59,705 bases of DNA. Source: a virus (lineage: Duplodnaviria; Caudoviricetes). The position numbers were made by a program, and so were the translations under genes. Shown here in pieces: positions 49,085 to 57,547 of this stretch. The stretch spans positions 1 through 59,705 of the IMG/VR virus record IMGVR_UViG_3300029319_000047; one strand, written 5' to 3'. A model generated the notes under the pieces. The model was given only the letters and a program-made list of their open reading frames with translations. It was not told the origin of the DNA and did not search any database. Each line of letters starts with the position of its first letter. The stretch's first letter is position 1.

Positions 49085-50039
49085 CTAAAATAACTGCTTC
49101 CCAGCCAGCTAAATTATCTCGTTCTATTGGGTTACCTTTAGGAATAAACTCACCAAAGTCGCCTGTTCTAATTTCTTCTAATTTTAGATTAATTTTTAGT
49201 TGCCTGGGAAGAAGAGTATCTAAGTCATATCCTGCTGCTTCATTATAATCAATTGAATAGTCAGTGCAAATACAGGGTATATCCTGATATAAAATTCCAT
49301 GGCGAAGTCTAATAATGGGAGGCCCATAGATCGGGTTCTTTGAGTAGTTTACCACACTTGATCGTATAATATTTGTCCAATAAATAATTAGATCTATTAT
49401 TCTATATTTTAATTGCTGAGTTTCGTTGTATTCAATGGCGTTTTGTTGAAAACCTGTGTTTGGCCTATCCGTAACCACGGAAGTTGGTGTCTGAGCTATT
49501 TGAGATATGGCTAGTGATTCTAGACCATAGCGTGCGCCAAAGTGTTCGCGATCCTCTACATTTAAAGATCCTGATAAAGTAGATTCTAAACTATTAAGAA
49601 CTTGTTTAGCAGAATCTCTTGCCAAGCTTTTTGTATATTTAGTGCCTAGCTGGAAAGCCATGCCTTTAGGTATAGATTGAACTTTGTAGGGCTCTAAAAA
49701 CTTTTGCTTTTCAAGTTCTGAGTTATCCTTATCCTGCATGTAGCTAATATATTTATCTAAATTTATATCAGGATGTTCCTCAAGCAGATGGGGTAAACTC
49801 ATATTGAACGTAAGATTCAACATTCTAGAGTCGGCTCCAAGATAACTATACAAATTACTTGATCTAGAGATCAAAGAATACTTTTGATATCGAGCCCTTT
49901 TGGATTCTTGAATAGCTACATTTTCAAAAAATGGCAATTCAATAACATAGTAATCATTCCCCGTGCTTGGCATGGGGAAATAAAACATAAGTTTGGCTCT
50001 TTCAGGTAATGCTCTGTCTACTATGTGTCTATTAGTCAT
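49044..50039 (-). CDS. Tail tube initiator/baseplate protein (gp48/gp54-like)
   Basis: PPIIRLRHG, CICTDYSIDY, LPRQLKINLKLEE; follows tape measure. Confidence 0.65.
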   Translation of the reverse strand: MTNRHIVDRALPERAKLMFYFPMPSTGNDYYVIELPFFENVAIQESKRARYQKYSLISRSSNLYSYLGADSRMLNLTFNMSLPHLLEEHPDINLDKYISYMQDKDNSELEKQKFLEPYKVQSIPKGMAFQLGTKYTKSLARDSAKQVLNSLESTLSGSLNVEDREHFGARYGLESLAISQIAQTPTSVVTDRPNTGFQQNAIEYNETQQLKYRIIDLIIYWTNIIRSSVVNYSKNPIYGPPIIRLRHGILYQDIPCICTDYSIDYNEAAGYDLDTLLPRQLKINLKLEEIRTGDFGEFIPKGNPIERDNLAGWEAVILGETNSMDPGYTND

Positions 50040-50041
50040 GA

Positions 50042-51832
50042 TTAGTTTCCAGTTTCTATTTTGCCGTCAGCCACGATAAGCTTTTGTTCGGCTCTTTGCT
50101 GATTGGCGACTTTGAGTTCTTCCAGAATTTCTGCTGATGTAGCATCCTTACCTATGCCCAAAATACCCTCGATGCTTCTGCCTAGCATGTTTGCCGTTTC
50201 ATCTAAAAACTCGGGAGTGGTTGCAATCTCTGGGGTTTTTCTATTTATCTCTTTTGATTCTTTAACCAGCTTTTCCATATTTTCGTTTTGCTTTCTGCCA
50301 AATCCATTACCCTCTTCAATCTTTTTTCTGGCAGCCTCAAGTGCTTTAACAGTTGGATCATTCTTTGCCGCAGCATCCATGCTTTTTTTAGCATCAACTA
50401 GCAGCTTACCCAGGGGGCTGGTTGTTCCATCCTCACCACCCCTTTCTGCTAAAGCTTCTTTCATAGCCTCATAAGTATTACCTTCATTAGCTTTAATTCT
50501 AGCCTCCAAAGCATCCGCAGTTTTCTTAGCTTCAGCTTCTCTTGCCATCGCTCTGTCATCAGCATCACCAAATAAGACAAACTCCATGGCATCGTTGAGA
50601 ACTTCTAGGAATCTAAAGAACGCCATCTTAACCTTATCAATGATGCCGCCTTCTCTGAAGACTTCAAAGAAAGCTCCTTGTAGTTTGTCAACCAGCATAG
50701 GAATGCCTTCAGTAATTATTTTGCCTGCAAAATCAAAAGCTCCTCTAAGCTTCCCTATGGCGTTAATTGCAAAATCTATAATACCTAATTGCAGATTTTT
50801 TAGAGCCTCTTTACCATCTCCAAGCCCGTCAGCAAACGCCTTAAACCTTTGTCCTACAATATTTGCAACTCCTGAAATAACATCAGCGAGTTCTACCAAG
50901 AATGGATATAAATTAGTTAATCCCTCTTGGAAAGGCACAAAGATTTCAGCCTTCAAGTTTTCCAGAGTCATACCAAAGTCTACCGCTTGATCCGACTCCT
51001 TTGCAACACGCTTTCCTAAATTGTCTGCGATGGTCGTTAGTTGAATCGCCTGTGAACCGAAAATTTCACTAGCAACGCCAATCTGGAAGAATCCATCTTC
51101 AGCACCTCCTGCCACTGATTCAAAACTACCTGCCGCTTTTACGAAAGCGTCTTTTAAAATTTGTTGTGCCTCAGCAGCGTCTTTAGCCGCAGATAATCTC
51201 TCTCTTACATCACCGATACCTAGCTTAGTAAGTTTCTCGTAACCCTCCATGCTGGTATCCATCACCATCTTCATGGCAGCATTAAGAGGGCCAGCTAACT
51301 GGGGTCCTAACTCACCCTGTAGACCAGCAACGGCTCCCATCACCTTATCACCCATGCCAGCGAGCGCCTGAGCAGGGAAGGTTTCTTTCAACGAATCAAT
51401 CGCATCTACTAGCTTATCAGTGCTGATTTGATATTCTTCTCCAGTTTCAATCAGGCTATTGGAAAGCAGGTTTGTCTGATCTCTAGACAGACCTAAAGAA
51501 GATTCTAATCCAGCAAAGGCCGTTGCAGTTTTTCCAAATGCAGTTCCTGTTAGCTGTTGCTGATTAATTAATCTGGCTACTCCAGCGGTGTTTCCTTGAA
51601 GACCAGCCTCCAGGCCAGCAATTGCTGCACCAAATCTCTGGTTGATATCGCCACGGAGACCTTGCATTGTACCACCTAGTTGATCTTTTGTGGTATCGTA
51701 GGTCTGCCCCAAGGCTAGAGACGCTTTTTGTGCTTTATCAGCAAAAGCTAAAGCTTGCTGAAGCTGATTAGATAGCACATTCATGGACTTAGTTAAGCCC
51801 GTTAAAGCTACATCAAGTGCTGCTCCTATCAT
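50042..51832 (-). CDS. Tape measure protein
   Basis: 596-aa Ala/Gly/Leu-rich helical protein directly upstream of tube initiator, LysM, hub and spike genes. Confidence 0.7.
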   Translation of the reverse strand: MIGAALDVALTGLTKSMNVLSNQLQQALAFADKAQKASLALGQTYDTTKDQLGGTMQGLRGDINQRFGAAIAGLEAGLQGNTAGVARLINQQQLTGTAFGKTATAFAGLESSLGLSRDQTNLLSNSLIETGEEYQISTDKLVDAIDSLKETFPAQALAGMGDKVMGAVAGLQGELGPQLAGPLNAAMKMVMDTSMEGYEKLTKLGIGDVRERLSAAKDAAEAQQILKDAFVKAAGSFESVAGGAEDGFFQIGVASEIFGSQAIQLTTIADNLGKRVAKESDQAVDFGMTLENLKAEIFVPFQEGLTNLYPFLVELADVISGVANIVGQRFKAFADGLGDGKEALKNLQLGIIDFAINAIGKLRGAFDFAGKIITEGIPMLVDKLQGAFFEVFREGGIIDKVKMAFFRFLEVLNDAMEFVLFGDADDRAMAREAEAKKTADALEARIKANEGNTYEAMKEALAERGGEDGTTSPLGKLLVDAKKSMDAAAKNDPTVKALEAARKKIEEGNGFGRKQNENMEKLVKESKEINRKTPEIATTPEFLDETANMLGRSIEGILGIGKDATSAEILEELKVANQQRAEQKLIVADGKIETGN

Positions 51833-52218
51833 TGTTCAACCTCATCTGGCGATTCTTTGCTAATTCTATGAAGAGGCCCAAAAATATTGGACATAATATA
51901 TGTTCGGTATCCCTCTTCTGGGAGTTCGCTATTACTATATAGCGTTTCGAGTGATTCTGGAGAATAAGAGCCTTCTGGTGGAACCTTAAACCCTGTTAAC
52001 AACAGGTTACCTGTTTGAGCGTCTTTAGTAACTGGCTCAGTAATAAGTAGTATCCTCATCCCCCTACTACCCTTTCCAGTTCCTAACCTGTATCTAAAAA
52101 ATACTATATCCCCTGGGTCGCCACAGGAATCGCTCTTGGGGACTATACCTACTCTCAAGGAACTGTTTGCTCCAACCTGAGTAAGAAAACCAATGATTTC
52201 TTTTGAAAATTTTGCCAT
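51829..52218 (-). CDS. Hypothetical protein, possibly gp2-like DNA end protector
   Basis: PGDIVFFRY...LLTGF...YRTYIMSNI is weakly gp2-like. Confidence 0.5.
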   Translation of the reverse strand: MAKFSKEIIGFLTQVGANSSLRVGIVPKSDSCGDPGDIVFFRYRLGTGKGSRGMRILLITEPVTKDAQTGNLLLTGFKVPPEGSYSPESLETLYSNSELPEEGYRTYIMSNIFGPLHRISKESPDEVEQ

Positions 52219-52220
52219 GT

Positions 52221-52248
52221 CTCTATATTATATATTAAGAATATAGAG
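52221..52248. promoter_or_regulatory. Divergent intergenic element: inverted repeat ctctatatt/aatatagag containing TATATA-ATA-TAG (minus)
   Basis: 32-bp gap heading the ~27-kb baseplate/fibre cluster and a + strand ORF. Confidence 0.5.
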
Positions 52249-52250
52249 CT

Positions 52251-52547
52251 ATGAGTTATAACCTAGATGTAGATATTATTGATTTTCTTGATCTTATAAA
52301 TGAAACACTTAGTTACTCTTTTGTAGAGAAATGGAGACATAAGTATAGTGAAAAGTTTATTAAGCACTTTCAGTTTAAGATATTGGATGCTATGACTAAA
52401 CAGAAGCCTATCAAGGCTGAAATGCTATACAATTACTTAACTAAGAAGTGTAAGTATTCACATGATCAAGTACAAAACTTTTTTGTCTCTGTAGAGATTG
52501 ATATCTACACACCGTTCATTTACGGTTCTTACCCGAAGACTTTTTAG
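52251..52547 (+). CDS. Hypothetical protein
   Basis: 98-aa ORF filling the gap between minus-strand genes. Confidence 0.7.
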   Translation: MSYNLDVDIIDFLDLINETLSYSFVEKWRHKYSEKFIKHFQFKILDAMTKQKPIKAEMLYNYLTKKCKYSHDQVQNFFVSVEIDIYTPFIYGSYPKTF

Positions 52548-53304
52548 CCTTTAGCTCTTCGATCTTGCTCTGAACTTCATGCATGGTGCAGAACTCAGGG
52601 CAAGCACTTTTGTAGGCGCACCAATTACAGAAGTCGTTCCTGTTGGGCTTCATGTCGTCCTTTTTGCTCTTGCGGATCTTCCATACCTCGTCAACAATCT
52701 TACGAGCGTGGGCTGAGATCTGGGGAATAGAGTATTGAACATGCACGAAATTGTTAGTCAGCGGGTAATAGTGTGCCGCCACGATCTTTGAGATGGGGAC
52801 ATCGTAGAGCTTGCTGATCGCGTACACATACCCCTTGAGTTGGGAGTCCTGGTAAAGCTCAACCTTACTTTTCTCACGCTTAGAAGTTTTATAGTCGATG
52901 ACTAAATAACCTCCATCCTTGCCTTTGATCACGCGGTCAATTACTCCATTGAGTGTAATGTCATCTTTGACATCAACTTCGAACACAAGCTCACAGGCTA
53001 CGGTGCCTTCTAGTTGCTCATTGAACTTGAGAAAATTTTGGATACACTTTAAATCCTTGCCATCGTACTTCTCTGATACCTTGTATGTGCCCTTCACTTC
53101 TTCAGCGATCTGAACAAGCTCGTCCTCGGTCTTGGCATTCACACCATCCTCAAGGATCTTGTGAATATATGATCCAAAGTGTAGAGCGTCCGTGTTGGAC
53201 TCTTCTGGCTCAGGCAGTCGATCAACATACCGATAGCGATATTTCAGTTTGCACTGCTTGAAAGTTTGATACTTAGATTCGGAAATAGTTTTTATGTACA
53301 TCAT
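52516..53304 (-). CDS. RecB/Cas4-like PD-(D/E)XK exonuclease with a probable Fe-S cluster
   Basis: SESKYQTFKQC, FGSYIHKILE, GVIDRV, VIDYKTS, QLKGY, CNWCAYKSAC. Confidence 0.9.
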   Translation of the reverse strand: MMYIKTISESKYQTFKQCKLKYRYRYVDRLPEPEESNTDALHFGSYIHKILEDGVNAKTEDELVQIAEEVKGTYKVSEKYDGKDLKCIQNFLKFNEQLEGTVACELVFEVDVKDDITLNGVIDRVIKGKDGGYLVIDYKTSKREKSKVELYQDSQLKGYVYAISKLYDVPISKIVAAHYYPLTNNFVHVQYSIPQISAHARKIVDEVWKIRKSKKDDMKPNRNDFCNWCAYKSACPEFCTMHEVQSKIEELKAKKSSGKNRK

Positions 53305-54286
53305 TGCACCTCAGTTTATTAGAGACTACATCACCCAAAACTTTGCTGACAAAGGCAGGTTATCCTCTACAGGTAGGGAATTCATCATGGAGTCTATCTT
53401 CGTTCAGAATGATTGGAAGAAGCACATGAGCGTCAATGTAGATAGTGGTCTTTGGCAATGTTTCAAGACTGGGCGCTCTGGTAACTTCGTGCGACTGTAC
53501 GCTGAAATTGAGGAGATCCCCTACTTCCGTGCCTACAGGGACCTGATGATTAGGAACTTCGAGTTTCTGGGTGAGGACATCCCCGAGCAGATCAAGGAGG
53601 AGCGCCAGCTAGAGCTTGACACCAGTAAGCTTGTTCCCCTCAATATCGAGTCTGGGTTCTCTGATGACCCTAGCGTGCTCGCTGCATGGAGTCTTCTCTT
53701 TGAGCGAAAGCTTTTCACAGAGGATGAAGTACCTGAAGCAGAATACTATCTCTGTCAAGAGGGCAAGTTTGCCAATAGAATTATCGTGCCATTCAAGAAG
53801 GAGGGTATCGTTTATTACTTTCAGGGACGAGCCCTGGGTGACCAACGACCTAAGTATCTCAACCCATCTACGGAGATCGCCCCCAATCCTTCTGAGATCC
53901 TGTATCCTTATGATGAGGAGGCTGATCATGTTGTTGTTTGCGAGGGACCACTGGACGCCAAGTCTCTTCAGCTTCAAGGGATCAATGCCACGGCGACTAT
54001 GAAGAACTATATCAGCCCACGCCAAGCTGAGATCCTCTCCACGTTCGATGGACGAGTCATCATTGGGTTCGATAATGACGAGGCAGGACTCCGTGGGTGT
54101 CAGCGGTTTGATCAGCTACGACGGGAGCGCCTGATGGAAGACTTCTGGGTATGCTCTCCTCCTAAAAGGTACAAGGACTGGAATGAAGCACACACAAAAG
54201 GAGAAGACCTCCCCGCTTGGATTGAGCGAGAAAGTCTTCTCTATAACTTTGAATACAAAATGCTAAATGAAATTAGCTCACTGTGA
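53294..54286 (+). CDS. DNA primase (DnaG-type TOPRIM)
   Basis: NRIIVPF, FQGRAL, PKYLNP, VCEGPLDA, FDNDEAG, KDWNE. Confidence 0.92.
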   Translation: MYIIAPQFIRDYITQNFADKGRLSSTGREFIMESIFVQNDWKKHMSVNVDSGLWQCFKTGRSGNFVRLYAEIEEIPYFRAYRDLMIRNFEFLGEDIPEQIKEERQLELDTSKLVPLNIESGFSDDPSVLAAWSLLFERKLFTEDEVPEAEYYLCQEGKFANRIIVPFKKEGIVYYFQGRALGDQRPKYLNPSTEIAPNPSEILYPYDEEADHVVVCEGPLDAKSLQLQGINATATMKNYISPRQAEILSTFDGRVIIGFDNDEAGLRGCQRFDQLRRERLMEDFWVCSPPKRYKDWNEAHTKGEDLPAWIERESLLYNFEYKMLNEISSL

Positions 54287-55226
54287 AATAGTAGGGTGGT
54301 GATATAATAGTCTCGTTCAGTAGGTTATATTTCACCACCGCTCTATATGTGCCCGTGAGACCCCCAAAATCTGCGACTCTAGGGTGTGTTGCAAGTTTAG
54401 TGGTATCGAAACTAAAGATCAAAGTATTATCGCTAGTAACATCCACAGAGGATTCAGTATCTTCAAAAGATGAAACTACTACAGTGGCAGGTAGCGTAGT
54501 AGAGTCCTCATTTACTTTTTCAATCTTAATTGTTGCACTAGTGATAGCAGAATCTTTAAATATATTCTTAACACTTTGATCAATGTCCTTATTTTGAACA
54601 GTGATCTCAGTTGTCACTTTAAGATTCTCGATGGAACTTAAAGTGACATGTTTATTAATCAGTTTATTTCTAGAGGTAAGAAGTAGCGGCTGAGTGATAC
54701 TGAAGAATGTATCATTAAAAAGATGAAAATCATTGATTAATGTTTGATAATCAGAACCAGCGGCAAACCTAATTGTCCAACAATCAATATAATCATTCAC
54801 AGCAGATGCTGTGTTTTTTACGACTAGAGAAGATCCATGAAAATCGTATAGCCCTGATGTTGTTTGTGTTCCATCAAGAACAACCATATATTCTCCCTTA
54901 CTAATGCGATAGACCCCACTAGTGGATAGAATATCAGTTCCTGGATTATAGCCGCTGGGGTCCTGACCTGCTGTTCCTCCATCATCTGCTGAGGGAGTAA
55001 AATGCATTAAGATAATGTCAGATGGGATTGAACTTGCTAGAATGTTATTAGAGCCCAGAACAGTGCTTGGAGAAAAGTTAGATGCTTTTTGAAATATTGT
55101 TACGCCACTGATGTCATTAGGATCATAAAATTCTCCATCATTAATAAAGAATGCCCTTAATGCGACCTTCTGAATTACAGTTGGTCTATTATGCCTGTCA
55201 ACTACTTGTGTTCCGTTTAATTGCAT
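54273..55226 (-). CDS. Hypothetical beta-rich protein, probably structural
   Basis: 317-aa ORF downstream of the gp26/gp51-like pair. Confidence 0.7.
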   Translation of the reverse strand: MQLNGTQVVDRHNRPTVIQKVALRAFFINDGEFYDPNDISGVTIFQKASNFSPSTVLGSNNILASSIPSDIILMHFTPSADDGGTAGQDPSGYNPGTDILSTSGVYRISKGEYMVVLDGTQTTSGLYDFHGSSLVVKNTASAVNDYIDCWTIRFAAGSDYQTLINDFHLFNDTFFSITQPLLLTSRNKLINKHVTLSSIENLKVTTEITVQNKDIDQSVKNIFKDSAITSATIKIEKVNEDSTTLPATVVVSSFEDTESSVDVTSDNTLIFSFDTTKLATHPRVADFGGLTGTYRAVVKYNLLNETIISPPYYFTVS

Positions 55227-55389
55227 TGCTTTCCCTCTCCAAGTCCTCTTTAAGGAGCTTAAGGAATATAGTTCTCTCTGTGCGAGTCATCTCTTTTACA
55301 TCAGAATATGTGAAGTTGGCTCGTTTCACAAGTATATAGGCTTCTAAAAGAAGATTATCAACATCAATTACTTCTTCTAGTTCACGTCG
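55198..55389 (-). CDS. gp51-like assembly chaperone domain, probably expressed by -1 frameshift from the upstream gene
   Basis: Manual translation RRELEEVIDVDNLLLEAYILVKRANFTYSDVKEMTRTERTIFLKLLKEDLERESNAIKRNTSS*; no suitable own start; not in the ORF track. Confidence 0.7.
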   Translation of the reverse strand, partial: RRELEEVIDVDNLLLEAYILVKRANFTYSDVKEMTRTERTIFLKLLKEDLERESNAIKRNTSS

Positions 55390-56120
55390 AAAAAATTTGC
55401 ATCAATTGGTAAGTCTACGACTGTTACCCCTCCGCAATTGTTGCACTCAAATTTAATTTTTGTATCAACACCAAAATCAGTCTTGATTGAGTTTAGAATG
55501 GTGCGAATATCTTTAAGAGGAAGCTTATCGACAACTGCTGCAATAATAGATTTATCTGTGTGTCCGTCAATTTCAGAAACAAATCTCCACAACTGATCTA
55601 AAGCAGCCTCAGTATCTACCATTACTTTTTCATCACGAACTCTAGGAAGTCTTACTTTAGCTTCTTTATTAATGCTAGGTAAAAGAACGGTTACTGGATC
55701 CTCAAAATCATCAGGAACAGGATTCACATTTAGTTGAGATAGCTTGACTACAGTGGGGTTTTCTGCTTTACAGTGAGAGCAAATTAAAAGAGTATTATAA
55801 TCATCACCATATGAAATTTCTCTAAGTTTCATGAGAAGATATAACTTATCCATAGCAAGAAGATCCATTACTTGAATATTAGTGGTGCATCGCTGAAGAA
55901 TTAAGTTAACTGGGTCCTGTCCTTTCCCTGCGCTAACTAAAGCCTTCTCATCTTCAAATGTCATTGGACGAATACTAACTGGAGCCCCTGGATCCTCCAG
56001 TTTGTATACTTTACACTCGGAGGGTAGCTCTACTTCAACTGCTGTATCTACTGGCAGTTCCTTTAAAATTTCATCAATGACTGCTTGTTTTGCTTCGTCA
56101 TTTTGCGGACCATTTAGCAT
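55377..56120 (-). CDS. gp26: Baseplate hub/tail assembly chaperone (gp26-like)
   Basis: VELPS, IRPMTFEDEKAL, DKLYLLMKLREISYG, CSHC and CNNC, C-terminal ANFF. Confidence 0.85.
   Translation of the reverse strand: MLNGPQNDEAKQAVIDEILKELPVDTAVEVELPSECKVYKLEDPGAPVSIRPMTFEDEKALVSAGKGQDPVNLILQRCTTNIQVMDLLAMDKLYLLMKLREISYGDDYNTLLICSHCKAENPTVVKLSQLNVNPVPDDFEDPVTVLLPSINKEAKVRLPRVRDEKVMVDTEAALDQLWRFVSEIDGHTDKSIIAAVVDKLPLKDIRTILNSIKTDFGVDTKIKFECNNCGGVTVVDLPIDANFFDVN
55389..55398 (-). other. Candidate -1 ribosomal frameshift site A AAT TTT TTC
   Basis: Two overlapping in-frame X XXY YYZ heptamers (A AAU UUU and U UUU UUC), 3 codons before the TAG. Confidence 0.65.
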
Positions 56121-56150
56121 ATTTCAACTCCTTTGGGTATAATCCCTATT

Positions 56151-56159
56151 CTATAATAG
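56151..56159. promoter_or_regulatory. Putative promoter core CTATAATAG between divergent gp26 and uvsW
   Basis: Plus strand TATAAT-AGTGTG-ATG. Confidence 0.55.
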
Positions 56160-56160
56160 T

Positions 56161-57534
56161 GTGATGAAGATCCATGTCGAAAACCTAAATTCTCGCATAG
56201 AGACCGACAATCCTGAGCTTCTAAAAGCACTATACGAGCTTTACTCATTCAACGTCCCAGGTGCGCGGTATTCCCCCGCGTACAAGCGCAGACAGTGGGA
56301 TGGTAAAACTCATTTCTTAACCAAGTCGGGTGTTTTTAAGACTGGCCTATTATCTAGGCTTCTCGCGGACCTAAAGAAGATTGATTGCACGCCAGAGGTA
56401 ATTCAGAATATTCGAATGCCTGATTTACAGCATTCAGACCATGAAATCCCAGGGTTCACATACTATAACTATCAAGAAGATCTAATCTCTCAAGGGCTAG
56501 ATAATAAGAGGGGTATCATTAAGTCTCCAACAGGTTCAGGTAAAACTTTGATCATGGCGGGGTTGATCAAGGCGTTGGAGGGTAGAAAGATGGTAATTCT
56601 TTTCAATGCAAAGCAACTCCTAACGCAGACCTATGATTTTCTTACTGAAGCTTGTGGCATGGATAATGTTGGCCTTTGTTTTGGTGAGGGTTATATTTAT
56701 GGCGATATCATGCTTTGTACTGTTCAGTCTGTTGAACGAATACTTGATACCCACCTCGAAGAAGCGGAAGTCCTCATGGTGGACGAGTGCCATGAGTTTT
56801 CTAACGGGAAGACCACGTTAGCTGCGCTCAGGAGCTTCCCAAAGGCCGTGTATCGCCTTGGCTTCACTGCTACGCCTCCTAGCGAGGATATCCCTAGATA
56901 CAACCTAGAGGGCGCTCTAGGAGGCGTCATGCAGAGTGTAGGAACAGCAGACCTTGTAGACGAAGGCAAACTAACCAAACCAATTATTCAGCTAATAGAC
57001 AGACCATACGAAGCCAGCGGTGTAGATGAAGATCTAGGATTCCTGGATGTGTACGAGGATTACATCGTTTCCAATGAATCTAGAAACAATATTATTAAGG
57101 AGATAGTTAATGACATTAGGCGTACAAATGAAAAAGCCCGCATACTTATTCTTACCAAATCACTTGATCACGGACGAACGCTTAAAGAACTGGTTGGGGG
57201 CTCCGTCGAGTTCCTGGAGGGGGCTAATTCGATCGGAGAGCGGTATGACTGTATATCTAGATTCCGAGGAAGTGATGAATCTAGTGTCCTTATTGGAACA
57301 AAGATCTTGCAAACGGGTGTCAATATCGAAGAAATTACCCACTTCATCAACGCAAGAGGTATGAAGTCTGAGATTGCTACACTACAAGCTTTGGGTCGAG
57401 CACTAAGACGCCATGAGAGCAAAGATGTAGTATATATCTACGATTTCCTGGACAAGGAAAAATACTTGTCAGATCACTCGGTAGCTAGAAAACGTCACTA
57501 CGAAAGAGAAGGGCATACCGTTAAGATCCTATAA
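56161..57534 (+). CDS. uvsW: Superfamily 2 helicase (UvsW-like)
   Basis: WDGK N-domain, SPTGSGKT, VDECH, FTAT, TGVNI, QALGRALR; ATG at 56164 is the probable start. Confidence 0.92.
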   Translation: MMKIHVENLNSRIETDNPELLKALYELYSFNVPGARYSPAYKRRQWDGKTHFLTKSGVFKTGLLSRLLADLKKIDCTPEVIQNIRMPDLQHSDHEIPGFTYYNYQEDLISQGLDNKRGIIKSPTGSGKTLIMAGLIKALEGRKMVILFNAKQLLTQTYDFLTEACGMDNVGLCFGEGYIYGDIMLCTVQSVERILDTHLEEAEVLMVDECHEFSNGKTTLAALRSFPKAVYRLGFTATPPSEDIPRYNLEGALGGVMQSVGTADLVDEGKLTKPIIQLIDRPYEASGVDEDLGFLDVYEDYIVSNESRNNIIKEIVNDIRRTNEKARILILTKSLDHGRTLKELVGGSVEFLEGANSIGERYDCISRFRGSDESSVLIGTKILQTGVNIEEITHFINARGMKSEIATLQALGRALRRHESKDVVYIYDFLDKEKYLSDHSVARKRHYEREGHTVKIL

Positions 57535-57547
57535 TTGAGGTAAAACA

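Noticed and set aside
10955-51832. Bacterial contractile injection system, T6SS or tailocin
   Set aside because: Capsid, protease, scaffold, neck and replication genes are present, so this is a phage
52516-53304. CRISPR-Cas system suggested by a Cas4-like nuclease
   Set aside because: No repeat-spacer array or other cas genes seen; stand-alone RecB/Cas4-like nucleases are common in phages
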